Positions 11,083-23,469 are shown, counted from the first letter of the stretch. The stretch: 64,000 nt of DNA from Mobula hypostoma (GCF_963921235.1 NC_086097.1:30382001-30446000); one strand, 5' to 3'. The notes: a model not told the origin generated them from the sequence alone. A program made the numbers and translations.

Positions 11083-11840
11083 AAAATGAGTGACACCATT
11101 CGATGTACTGCGACATGTAAGCAAAATGCATTATGAAATATTGAGTGTCATAATATTGTGATTCATTCATTTTCTGACTTCTATTATTGTAAATGTGATC
11201 ACTTCAATAAAAATTAGAGGCTAACTGTGTTCGTTGTCTGAGTTTGATTGCTGGAAACAGGCTAATAAAAATTAGGTGCAGTTGTGTAGCCTACATTTAC
11301 AATTGTTTCGTTAGGTCTACATTTGTGTCTGCTAATGTTCGATTTCAAATGGTTTATTAATGGAAAAGGTGTGGCTCCCAAAACAATCTTAGCCAAAATA
11401 GCATCGTTTTCTCTCTCTCATCACAACTTTATTGTAGCCTATGACTGTGTTAATACCAATCATAAAAATAATGCTTGCTAGGCAATCTTCTTCATGAGAA
11501 ACGAAATTCGTAAAGTGAAACACTTTGTAGTTATAGCAGAGACTGAGACACATGACAGCAGGTTGAAAAAATGAAGGCAACGAAATCTGTGGGGACACGC
11601 GCGTGCACAACAGATCCGGCCCGCATGAAATCGCATTTTGCCCAATCCGGCCTGTGACCTAAAATGAGTTTGACACCCCTGGTCTACACCTTTATTCCTT
11701 CTACCATATGCTTCCCTACACTGTTTTGCGTCTACTACTTAATCCATGGACAATTCCTTCAAATATCTTACCTCAGGTGCAAGCTTGTTCAATGAACACT
11801 GTGTCTTCTGTCCTGTAACCCACTTATCCCTCCAGCCTTT

Positions 11841-11846
11841 GTGTGT

Positions 11847-11888
<42 letters not shown>

Positions 11889-12425
11889 ATGTGTGTGTGC
11901 ATGTGTGTCTGTGTATCTGTGTGTGTGTGTATCTTTCTCCCTTTTTCACACTCTCACTCTCTCACCTGCTCCCTCTTACCCTCCCTCTTCACCTTCTTCT
12001 CTTCCACTCTTCTCTCTCTCACCCTCCCTCTTATACCCTCTCCCCACTTTCTCACTTTCTTGTCTCCTCTCTCACTCTATTTCTTTCTCTCTCTTTCTTT
12101 CTCTCTTACCCTCTCTCTGCCCCTCGCACTCTCTTCCAGCCTCTCTCTCCCCCACTCTCTCTCTCCCTTCTCCTCTCTCACTTTCTTCCTTTCCCTCTCG
12201 CTCATTCTTTTTCTTTCTCTCGCACCCTCTCTTGCACTCTAACTCCCCTCTTCTCTCTCACACTTTCTCCCACCCCCTCTCTCTCTCCCACTTGCTCTCT
12301 CCCACCCTCTCTCTCCTCTCCTCCCTCCCTCTTCCACCTCACACCTCTCTCATTTTCTTCCACCCTGTTCCTCTCTCACCTGCCCCCCCACTCTCTTCTC
12401 ACTCTCCAGCCTCGCCCCTCCCTTG
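11841..12425. repeat. (TG)n microsatellite (11841-11930) followed by a ~500-bp CT-rich low-complexity tract
   Basis: Visible directly; explains the long low-complexity ORFs in this interval. Confidence 0.9.
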
Positions 12426-12864
12426 CACAAGATCTCAAACCTGATTTACAGCCGTCTCTTTGAGCCTGACTTCAAGTAAACTGAGGAAGGAAGTGGTGAG
12501 ATATTTTTCCAGAAGTATTTGTTTAATATATATTTCCCTGAGACCCAGAATGCCACCGGTTTACATTTCAACATACGATAAACTGCAAGCTACTCGCTGA
12601 TTGACCGTAAAGAGCTCTGGAGAGTTCTTCAAACGTTGATAGAACTAACTCCAAAATAATCACATTTTGATTAATTTTGAAAGTAATGAGAATTGTCTGT
12701 CTCTTTCTGAGAAACGAAAATTAAAACCTCATGCTGACGTTCTGTATGAGTTTAACTGTGCATTACCATTCTACAGATCATAGACCTGAATAATAAGCAC
12801 TAATATTAACACTTAAACTAATAAAAATGATTCAACGTGTAATCTCTTGGACCACCTCTTTAAG

Positions 12865-13145
12865 AACATAAAACGTAGAACACTTCAGCACAGTACAGGC
12901 CCTTCAGCCCACAAAGTTTTGCCAACCTTTTAACCCACAAGCTTGATCTAATCGTTCTCTCCTACATGACCCTTCATTTTTCTTTCATCCGTGTGCCTAT
13001 CTAAGAGTTTCTTAAATGCCCCAAAAGTATCTGCCTCTACCACCACCCCTGGTAGTGTGTTACACACACCCGTCACTCTCTGTGTAAAAAGAAAGCCTAT
13101 CTCTAACATTCCCACTCCAATCTCTTTAAAAATTATGCCCCCTCC
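12865..13145 (-). mobile_element. CR1 3' end fragment
   Basis: ACAGGCCCTTCAGCCCAC 3' motif and CACTCTCTGTGTAAAAA, shared with other CR1 ends here. Confidence 0.7.
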
Positions 13146-13406
13146 TACTAGCAGAACTTCGAGTTGATTTCACCATGTATCGATCATTGGAATGGAAATG
13201 TAACAACAACTGGGGACAAAGTCTTGGCAAATTATAAACACGAGCGATCCTGCAGATGCTGGAAATCCAGAGCAACGCACACAAAATGCTGGAGGAACTC
13301 AGCAGGTCAGGCAGCATCAGTGGAGGGCAATAAACGAGGCCTGGTGAAGGGTCTTGGGGTCTTGGCCTTATCCATCAGCTGTTTATTTGCCTCTGCAGAT
13401 ACTGCC

Positions 13407-15840
13407 CGAATAGTGCAGAAAGATAAATATCATCTCGGTCTAATGAGCCATTCATGTGGCCACCTAACCTCGATCTCCAGGACAAAATGTACCTCATTAT
13501 TGGTGATTTTAATAGCCATAGCACCAACTGGGGATACGAAGATGATGATGCAAATGGAGAAGAAGTTGTATCATGGGCTCTAAGCAACAGCCTTGAGCTA
13601 CTAAACGAGTCAAAGGACACCCCTACCTTCACAAGTGCCAGATGGAGAAAAGGATACAACCCAGACCTTGCCTTTGTTACTTCGGCAAGCTCCAACCTCT
13701 TCACATGAACATATACCCAAATCCCAACACCGTCCAGTCCAGGTAGAATTCCTTCCCGTTCTGAGACCTGTACTATCAGAGTACCTACCAAGATTTAACC
13801 TGAGAAAAGTGAATTGGACATCTTTCGCAGAATCCCTTGATCAACTTGTCGATACCATACCACCAGAACCTGATCACTATGATGAATTTGTCCAACTAAT
13901 CTGGAAAGTAGCACAGCAGAACATACCTATAGGCTACAGAACCAAATATATTCAGGGATTGACTGGTGATATCAAGCAAAGTTATGATGAGTATGTCAAC
14001 CTATACGACCAAGACGCGTTTGGTCAAAACACAATTGAAATGGGAGAGTCAGTTCTGTCCCTACTGAGCCAAGAGAGACAACAGCATTGTCAGGAACTGA
14101 TAGAAGACACAGACCTGACCAAGAATAGTAAGAAGGCATGGGCAACTGTTTGGAAACTCAACTCAGGCAATAGACCACCACAGAGAATTGCTGCCGTAAC
14201 ACCCAATCAGGTTGTCCCTTTTTAACTGTTGCCTAAGATCATTAAAAATACCTAAATAGTGGAGAAGAGCCAAAGTTGTTGCTCTTCTAAAACCCAATAA
14301 AGACCCCGACATTCCTAAAAATTACAGACCGATTTCCTTGCTCTGCACCCTCTATAAGCTCTACGAGAGACTCATACTGAAAAGAATATCCCCCTTAGTC
14401 AAAGATCTTCTAACACCAGACCAAGCCGGGTTCAGGCCAGGCTGCTCTTGCTGCGCTCAAGTCCTGAACTTTAACCCAGTATATTGAGGATGGCTTTGAA
14501 ATGCGACAAATTACGGGGCAGTATTCATTGACTTAACAGCAGCATACGACACTGTGAATCACAGAGGCCTTCTACTGAAGTTATCTAAAATGTTAAAGAA
14601 CGTAACCACAGTCAAAGTAATAAGACGCCTCCTAGAAAATCACAGATTTTATATAGAAATGAATGGAATTAAGAGTAGGTGGCATCCACAAAAGAACGGA
14701 CTACCACAGGGATCAGACCTGGCACCTCGACTATTTAATGTTTACACAAACGACCAACCAATCTTTCCTAACACATGCAGGTTTATCTATGCAGACGACC
14801 TATGCATAGCAACACAAGCTAACTCCTTCCAAGAAGTTGAAGTACGATTTACAGCAGCCCTCGAAGCAATGAAGCAGTATTATGCAAAATGGTCTCTGAA
14901 CCCAAATCCATCAAAAACTCAAGTGTGTGCATTCCACCTGAGGAATCGAGAAGCAGCTCGGAAACTCAAGATCTTCTGGTGTGGGAAGGAGCTCAAACAC
15001 CATCCGACTCCAATTTACCTGGGCATGACACTGGATAGGACGCTCGCATTTGCCACCCACATCCAAAAACTCTGAGGGAAAGTTGGCTCTCGCAATTCTC
15101 TCTTGAAAAAATTAGCAGGCATGAAATGGGGAGCTGATGCTCACACACTTAGATCAACTGCCTCACACTCTGCTATGCACCTGCAGAATACTGTGCACCT
15201 GTGTAGGGCAGATCAGCCCATGTGAAGAAAATAGACCCGTTGCTTAACGAAGCCTGCCAAATAATCACGGGCACACTGCACCCCACACCCACTAACATCA
15301 TTCACAGACTTGCAGGCATTGCTCCCACAGAGATCCGAAGACACACTACAGCAAAAATTGAAAAAGGTTAACAGAACTCGGATCCATAGCACCCACTACA
15401 TCATCATGTGCCAGTTCCCAACTGCCTAAAATCGAGGAAAAGCTTTGCTACAGTGGAGGAACTACCACACGGAACATCCCCCCCAAAACATACAGGATTG
15501 ACCTCTGGCAACAAACAGAAGCCAGAACCCCACCAAACAATACAGTGCCAGACCCCACAGAAATGTTGCCAGACGGGGCACTGCTTGACAGACGGAAGTG
15601 GTACACTCTCAACAGAGCGAGAGCGGGAGTTTGCAGGACGGCAGACAATATGGTGAAGTGGGGTTTAAAGACCAGCAAATCCTGTGAGGGTGGCGAAAGG
15701 GTGCAGAACATCGAACACGTTCTGCGCCACTGCCCACTCTCACGTGATTTGGCTGACACTGACCTGCTCAACATCAACCGAACAACACTAGAGCGGCTGG
15801 CTGTCTGGTGCGACAAGCCATGATGGTGGGTGCGAAAAGA
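13407..15840 (+). mobile_element. Vingi/Ingi-like (I-group) non-LTR retrotransposon, 5'-truncated and degenerate
   Basis: APE endonuclease (IIGDFNSHSTNWGY...RWRKGYNPDLAF), RT (GLPQGSDLAP, FIYADDL, YLGMTLDRTL, KLAGMKWGA) and C-terminal C..G...Q...H....CP knuckle. No RNase H seen; internal deletion near 14235. Confidence 0.75.
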
Positions 15841-15844
15841 GAAC

Positions 15845-16360
15845 AAGGAGGTGAGGTCATGCTCGGGATTCTTAGACCATTCAGAAATCTGATGGTGGAG
15901 GAGCAGAAGCTATTGCTAAAGCACTGAGTGTGCATCTTCAGGCACCTGTACCTCCTTCCTGATGGCAGTAATCAGAAGAGGCCTGTTCCGGGTGGTGAGG
16001 ATACTTTGTGATGGACGCTGCCTTCTTGAGGCATTGCCTTTTGAAGACATCCTTGATGGTGGAAGGGCTGTACTGTGATGGAGCCAGCTGAGTTTACAAC
16101 CCTCTGCAGCTTTTTCCAGTCCTCTGCAGGGGTTCCTCCATACCAGAAGATGATGCAACCCAGTCAGAATGCTCTCCACCGTATGTCTGTAGAAAATTGA
16201 TAGAGCATTTGGTGACATACCACATCTCCTCAAACTCCCAATGAAATATATTCACTGTCAGGCCTTCTTTGTAATTGCATCAATATGTTGGTCCCAGGGT
16301 AGATCCTCGGCGATGCTGGCTGCCAGGAACTTGAGGCTGCTCACTCTTTCCAGTGCTCAC
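15845..16360 (-). mobile_element. Rex1/Babar LINE 3' fragment
   Basis: FYRHTVESILTG motif and downstream RRYR-like segment. Confidence 0.75.
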
Positions 16361-16699
16361 CCTCAAGGAGGACGCCCGACTCCTCCTAGCAAAAAGATTC
16401 TGACTGTCTTTCCATGCCTCTCAGTTTTATAAACCTCCATCTGGTCTCTCCTCAATCCTCGCTGCTCAAGGGAAATCAACCCAGGCTATAAAGAAAGTGA
16501 GAGAGATTTAGAAATTAAAGTGAAGAAAGAGGAAGACTGATAGGCAGACAGACAGATAAGAGTGTTAGGTAGAGGAAGAGATAACAACAGATAGAGAGAG
16601 AAGCTAAGGAGATTAAAGAGACTACTGATGATAGTGATAATTGATTGGTAGATAGATGGAGAGAGAAGAAATGCATTTTCTTCTGACACAGCAGATACT

Positions 16700-16875
16700 G
16701 GTGTGCTATCATAATGACTCATTCCTTTGAGGAAAAGTATGGGGCTTTTCAACAAAACTCCCAAGCAGGGAAGAGGACTGACGTCAACTGGGTGGAAATC
16801 CTGAGAGCCAAGAGGTTGGTTTTAAATTCTGACCAAGGGAGGAGGTGGGTGTGTGTTATGTAAAACTGAAACCAA
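16700..16875. promoter_or_regulatory. Candidate enhancer: cluster of bZIP/NFAT/kB/IRF-like motifs
   Basis: ATGACTCAT 16714-16722, GGAAAA 16731-16736, GGGGCTTTTC 16741-16750, TGACGTCA 16779-16786, TGGAAATCC 16793-16801, TTATGTAA 16856-16863, AAACTGAAACC 16863-16873, in non-repeat sequence. Confidence 0.45.
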
Positions 16876-17134
16876 GGACATTAACGCACAGTCGCCAGGT
16901 CCTGAGAATTAACTGACACAGTCAGAGCGGAATGAGGTCGTGCCTCAGCAGGCCGGAGATAGAGCCTAGTGTCCTCTGGGGTGCTGGTTGGAGGAAGGCG
17001 ATCTGAATTCCCCTGCATGGGTGCATTCCTGCAGAGCGTGCACCTCTGCGTGCTGCAGTGGTGCGCTAGGTGAAGGACCCAGGGGCTAAAGGCTGACACC
17101 ACAGCCAGCGGCGGTGTTGCCTAAGGCATTAGTC

Positions 17135-18345
17135 ATAACCCACTCCGAGTATTGTGAGCAGCCATGGCCTCCTTATCTAAGAAAGGGTGTGCTGGGAATG
17201 GAGAAGGTCCAGAGGAGGTTCGTGTGAATGATCCTGGGAATGAAAGAGTTCACCTATAAATAGTGTTTGATGGCTCTGACCATGTACTTGTTGGAGTTTA
17301 AAATAATGGGGGCTGGGGGGGGGTTCTCATTGAAACTTATCAAATATTGAAAGGCCTAGTGAGAGTGGACGTGGGGAGGATGTTCCCAACAGTGGGAGGA
17401 TCCAGGAGAGGACGCAGCCTCAGAATGGAAAAATGTCCTTGTAGAACAGAGATGAGGAGAAATTTCTTTACCCAGAGGGTGGTGAGTCAGTGGAATTCAT
17501 TACCACAGGCGGCTGTGGAGGCCAAGTCATCGAGCCTAATTAAAGCGGAGGTTGATAGGTTCTTGATTAGTAAGGACAATAGACAATAGGTGCAGGAGTA
17601 GGCCATTCGGCCTGTCGAGCCAGCACTGCCATTCACTGTGATCATGGCTGATCATCCACAATCAGTACCTTGTTCCTGCCTTCTCCCCATATCCCTTGAC
17701 TCTGCTATCATTAAGAGCTCTATCTAACGCTTTTTTGAAAGAAACCAGAGAATTGGCCTCCACTGCCCTCTGAGGCAGAGCATTCCACAGATTCACAACC
17801 CTCTGTGTGAAAAAGTTTTTCCTCAACTCCGTTCTAAATGGCCTACCCCTTATTCTTAAACTGTGGCCTCTGGTTCTGGACTCCCCCAACATCGGGAACA
17901 TGTTCCCTGCCTCTAGCGTGTCCAATCCCTTAGTAATCTTATATGTTTCAATCAGATCCCCTCTCATCCTTCTAAATTCCAGAGTATACAAGCCCAGTCG
18001 CTCCAATCTTTCAACATATGACATTCCCGCCATCCCTGGAATTAACCTAGTGAACCTTCACTGCACTCCCTCCGTAGCAAGAATGTCCTTCCTCAAATTT
18101 GGAGAGCAAAACTGCACACAATACTCCAGGCGGAGTCTCACCAGGGCCCTGTACAACTGCAGAAGGACCTCTTTGCTGCTATACTCAACTCCCCTTGTTA
18201 TGAAGGCCAACATGCCATGAAAGATTACAGAGAGAAGACAGGGGAGAATGGGGTTGAGAGGGAAAATAAATTGGCCATGATGGAATGGTGGGGAAGTCTC
18301 AATGGGCCAAACAATCTAATTCTTCTCTGATATCCTATGGTCTAT
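17135..18345 (+). mobile_element. CR1 3' fragment interrupted by an antisense CR1
   Basis: EMRRNFFTQRVVSQWNSLP ORF remnant; resumes at ~18216. Confidence 0.8.
17576..18215 (-). mobile_element. Young CR1 3' fragment, same subfamily as 9179-10982
   Basis: (GTCTATT)n tail; ORF 17662-18033 ERLGLYTLEFRRMRGDLIETYK. Confidence 0.9.
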
Positions 18346-20427
18346 AGGCAATACCCGTGTTGTCGATGGTGGTTACAGTGTGCTCCAGCCAAACAAAGGA
18401 ACTGGAAGCAGGAAACAGCCATCCAGTCTTCATGCCTGTATGACATGCAATGCCATCCGACTGCGAGCTCAACTCTGTGGTATCGGAACTGGAACTGGTC
18501 TATCATTGTAATATATTTTACTGCCAACCGTGACCGACGAGGGAAGTCAAAGAGAGGGCATATAATAGAACAAAAATTAGTGGCAAGTTAGAGGATTGGG
18601 AAGCTTTTAAAAAAACCAAAAGAAGGCAAGTAAAAAAACCATGGTGGAGGAAGATGAAAAATGAATGTAAGCTAGTCATTAATATTAAAAACCACACCAA
18701 AAGTGTTTTTAGATATATAGAGTAAAAGAGAGGCAAGGGTAGATACTAGACTGCTGGAAAAATCACTGGAGAGATGGTAATGGGGATCAAGGATATGGTG
18801 GATGAACTGAATAAGTCATAAACAAGAGGAAATCTGCAGATGCTGGAAATCCGAGCAACACACACAAAATGCTGAAGGAACTCAGCAAGCCAGGCAGCAT
18901 CTATGGAAAAAGGTACGGTCGACATTTCAGCTGTGGAGGCCAAGTCACTGGGTATACTTAAGGTGGAGGTCGCTAGGTTCTTGATGAGTCAAGGCGCAAA
19001 AGGTTACAGGGAGAAAGCAGGAGCCTGGCGTTGAGACGGAAGTGGACTCAATGGGCTGAATGGCCTAATGTCTTATGGTTTTATGCACTGGGGTAGTGAA
19101 GAGCTGATCTTGCATACTGTTCATACACATTACACAGTGCATTGAGGTAGGACAAGGTAAAATACTAACCGCAATGAACCCTTTAGACCAGCGAGGGGCG
19201 CCGCAGAGTGGCAGGTTTTGACACACCTGAACATCATCAATTTGAGTTTACTAGAGTTGTTTAAAGACTACTTTTATCATTAAGCTGTCACTGTGTTTTT
19301 TGCAACATTCATTATGTGAATATGGTATCCTTATGCTTCTCTTTGTTAACTGACTAGTTTTCGACTTCGACCCGCATGGGTTTCCTGTGTTTTATGCTCT
19401 ATTGAAGGTTATTCTGGACAACAATCATCACTGAGTCCTGGATTGAAGATCTGTGTGATCTGCAGTTCTGTGTGCTCAAGTCTCAATTCAGTGAGTTCTT
19501 AGTTTGATTATTTCCTGTATTATTCTCCAAATGAATCTTCATCGTTAATTTCTACTATCGAGTCCACACCTGGGACTGCTCATCTGAGGTTGTTATGGCA
19601 GGACTCAGCCGATCATGGACTCAGTGGGGTTTGATCTATGGGCAATCTGCTGTAACAATTCCAGCGCCAACATAGCATGCCCACAAAGATAAGCAGAACA
19701 TAACAAGCAACAAAGCAACAACAGCGGATCTAGCCCTGTTCCTCCCTCCCACCCAAAGTCCTCCAGGCTTCAATCTCATAGTCATAGTCATAGTCATACT
19801 TTATTGATCCCGGGGGAAATCTGACTTCAGATCGACCTTTGAACTTCGATCTTCAGTATCAATCCACCCACACTCGCCATGGTGACGAACACGGACCCTG
19901 AACAAGAACCCAAACTCCGGACTTGCCAATGACAGAAGCCCAAAGACTAGGCCTTAAACTCCAGTCTCAGAACAGAATAAATAGCTCCTGAAAAAGTGTG
20001 GCACCTTAAACACAAAGTATATATCTACCTCTGCTTCAAAAAATAGCCAAAGAATATGCTTCCACCCACTACCCTTTGAGGAAGAGAGTTGCAAAAACTT
20101 TTAATCTCTATTTTTAAGAGAGCCAATCCCAGTGCAGAGCCATTTCAGTCGTTCCTCCACCTCAGCAGCAGCGGTGGTCAATCACATTCCTGAAGCCAAT
20201 GATCAATGCTGCCATCTCCTGGTCTCAAGAGTAAATTCAGACTCTGCTTTCCGCCAACCATTAGATTAAAGACCAGAAGTGTGTCAGTCAGACCTTTGAG
20301 TCTGCTCCACCATTCAATTATGTACCAGGGTTTTAACTTCATTCTCCTGCTTTCTCCTCTAACCCTTAGACCTCTTACCAATCAAGGATCTGTCAGTCTC
20401 TGCCTTGGCCTCTGCAGCCATGTGGAT

Positions 20428-21017
20428 GGCATCCGTTAGTCTCGCGAGACCATGGATCTGTGCCTGGCAAGTCTTGCTTCAGTCTCTCCAGGCTGCAGGC
20501 CTGGGCAAGGTTGTATGGAAGACTGGCGGTTGCCCATGCAGCAAGTCTCCCCTCTCCACGACACCGATGTTGTCCAAGGGAAGGGCAAAGGCCGATACAG
20601 CTTGGCACCAGTGATGTCGCAGTAGTTGCCAGAATGAGGTTGAAGGCAACGTTGGACTTCCTTAGGGACTTCAGCTCTGGATTTGTCCTCAGGGTTTACT
20701 CCCGAAGCCTTTCCTATGAGTGGGTATGACCACAAGGCAGCAGAGGTTTGAAATCAGAGTTTTCCCTCTGTTAGATGGACTGCCTTCCCAGGCTGATGAG
20801 CTCCATCTACCCGAAGCACTGGGTTTAAGGCGCCAGGACCTGCCTTTGCCCCTTCTCCTGTCAGTAGAAACAGTTCCGCTGGGCTTAGAGGCTAAGCCAC
20901 ACGAGAAGGCCAGGAGTTGGACTTGGTTGTCAGAAGCTATTTGAGGCACATGCCATGAGGAGCACTTTCAGGTAGTGGGAGCTTATCCCTACTACCACCC
21001 CTCGGCTTGACAACCTT
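20428..21017 (-). mobile_element. RTE-derived non-autonomous element inserted in a CR1 (20285-20425 / 21021-21420)
   Basis: Homologous to 25660-26250, contains the RTE-like GGGAAAACTCTGA motif, and its 3' ~190 bp is shared with the SINE at 42103-42428. Confidence 0.7.
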
Positions 21018-21429
21018 GGAGCGGCAATGAATTCCACTGATTCACTACCCTCTGGCTGAAGAAATTCATCCTCATCTCTGTTCTAAAGGGACATTCTTTA
21101 TTCTGAGGCTGTGCCCTCTGGTCTTAGAATCTTCTAATGATGGAAACATCCTCTCCACATCCACCCTATTGATGCCTCTTATCATCTTATATGCCTCTGT
21201 CAAGTCACCTCTCACCCTCCATCGCCCCAAAGAGAAAAGCCCCAGCTCACACAGCCTATCCCCATAAGATATGCTCTCCAGGCCAGGCATCATCCTAGTA
21301 AATCTCCTCTGCATCCTATCTATAACATCCGCATCCTTCCCATAATAATGCGACTGGAACTGAATGCAGTACCCCAAGTGTGCTCTAACCAGAGTTTGAT
21401 AGAGCTGCAAAGTTACCTCGTGTCTGTTA

Positions 21430-21920
21430 CAGTTACAGAGAAACTACAGCGCAGGCAGACAGTAAGGTGCCATGACAAAGTAGACTGTGAGGTCAGGGCT
21501 CCATCTTATTGTACTTGTTGTACTAATAGTCTGATAACATTGGAATAGAAGCTGTCCTTGAGCTTGCTGGTAGTATTGTGTACCTTCTGCTCGATGGAGA
21601 AGAGAGGGTGTCCAGGGTGGGTGGGGTCTTTGATTACGCTGGCTCTTTACTGAGGCAGCAAAACATGTAGACAGAGTCAATGGAGGGGAGGCTGGTTCCT
21701 GTGATGTGCTGAGCTGTGTTCACAACTCTCTACAGTTTCTTGCAGTCTTCGAAAGAGCAGTGGCTGGGTCCAGATAGGATGCTTTCTATGGCGCATTAAT
21801 AAAAATAGACAAGGGTCAAAGGGGGCATGCTGAATTTCTTTAGCCTCCTGAGGAAGTAGAAGCTTTGGTGAGCTTTCTTGGCCATGGTGTCAATGTGTTT
21901 AGACTAGGACAGGCTATTGG
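21430..21920 (-). mobile_element. Rex1/Babar LINE fragment
   Basis: SVKSQRNQRPHPPWT / LKDSFYS-type C-terminal remnant. Confidence 0.65.
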
Positions 21921-22261
21921 TGATGTTCAGTCCTGGGAACCCGACATCAGCACTGCTACAGGTGACAATAACACTAACCTCTCTCTATACTCCCTTTCGA
22001 CCTCTTGGTTTTCTGTACAACCTCTCCCTTCTGGTCTTTTAACTATGCCCTCTAGTTTTGGATTTCCCAAGCCTGAGGAAAAGACAATGACCTCATCCAC
22101 ACCCCTCATGATTTCATAAACTTCTGTTAGGTCAACCCTTGTTCTCCCGGGCTCCAAAGAATTAAGATCTAGCAATCAGCGAGCTCTTTTATTTTTTGCT
22201 TTGTTTTGTTAGTCTCCCCTCAGTCTGTGCAACATCTCTCTCCCCTTTTTTAGAGGGGGGG

Positions 22262-22387
22262 GGAGAGAGAGAGAGACAAAGAGAGAGAGAGACAGAGGAG
22301 AGAGAGACAGAGAGAGATAGATAGATAGAGAGAGAGACAGAGAGAGAGAGACAGACAGACAGAGACAGAGACAGAGAGAGAGAGAGC
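22262..22387. repeat. (AG)n / (AGAC)n compound microsatellite
   Basis: Visible directly. Confidence 0.95.
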
Positions 22388-23469
22388 ATGTGGCGTGTGA
22401 ATTATCGGGTGAAGGGTTAGTTTCCGTTGTACTGCAGATCATGGTCTCTCTGTGGGGGCTTGGCTGTTGCATGCTTGGTGGTGGAGCTGTTGATACTTTT
22501 TGCTCTGGTAAGTGGGGGAGGGTTGATGATTGCACGTGGGAGGGGGAGGAGGGGGGTTTTGGGGTTCTAACATTTTTACTGTCGCTTATTTTTGGGGTAC
22601 CCTTCTGTTTGCGTGGATGTCTGTGAAGAACAAGAATTTCAGGTTGTATGTTGTATACATTCTCTGACACTAAATGGAACTATTGAACTATTGGATAATT
22701 TCTCCATATAACTCAGGCCCTCCAGCCCAGGCTGCATCCTCGTCAACCTTTCTTGCAACCTCTTCAGCTTGGCAGTGCCTTTCCTGTAACAGAGTGACTG
22801 AAACTGCAGATCGTTCTGCAAGCGTGGCCTTTTAGAGTAACACCACACAGAAACAAGCCGTCTGACCCAACTTGCCCAAAGTGACCAAGGGTGCTGGTCC
22901 CACATGTCCATATTTGACCAAGTCCCTCTCACCCTTTCCTGTCCATTTACTTTGCCACACAACTCTGTCAGCGTAACTCCCAACCCTCTGACCTGGAGAT
23001 GGGGAGAGTGTGGACAATCCTTTGACTTCCTCTGCATGTCGAAGCAAGGGCCTGGCCAGCCAGAACAACCAGGAATACTTGGAATTCCAACTTCAAGGGA
23101 AAGGAGTGTTGTAATCTCTCACCTCCCACGCCATGCCTGGTGGTGTCCTATCTTGTCACTGAACATAAAAGTAGAGCAGTACAATACAGAACAGGCCCTG
23201 TGGCCCTCAATACTGCACTGACCTTTTAAGATCAATCTAACCCTTCCCTCCACTTTTCCTCCATCCTTGTACCTACCTAAGGGTCTCTTAAATACCCCTA
23301 ATGTATCGGCCTCTGTAGGGTGTTCCACGCATTCACCACTCTCAATGTAAAGAACCTGCCTCTGAAATCCACCCACACTTTCCTCTAACAACCTTAAAAT
23401 TATGTCCCTCATGTCAGCCATTTCATCTCTGGGAAAAAGGTGTCAGCCGCAGACTTGATCAATGCCTGT

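Larger units (their letters stand above)
7441..11681 (+). mobile_element. hAT DNA transposon (Charlie/SPIN/OC1-like), both ends present
   Basis: 15-bp TIRs CAGGGTTGTCAAACT (7441-7455) and AGTTTGACACCCCTG (11667-11681), one mismatch. Perfect 8-bp TSD GTCTACAC (7433-7440, 11682-11689). Confidence 0.95.
5715..11745 (-). mobile_element. Older CR1 host element in three pieces (5715-6382, 7361-7440, 11682-~11745)
   Basis: VNLWNSLP... ORF remnant. Sequence is continuous across both insertions (CATTAAC|CTTTAGGGAATCC and AAATAGTCTACAC|CTTTATTCCTTCTACC). Confidence 0.8.

Noticed and set aside
11746..12463. Long ORFs (232, 206 and 129 aa)
   Set aside because: They run through (TG)n and CT-rich tracts that lack stop codons by composition.
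19174..19215. piggyBac-like end (TGAA-CCCTTTAG) or CTCF sites in a CpG-rich patch
   Set aside because: No TTAA and no matching right terminus found; the CTCF-like matches miss the core AG positions.
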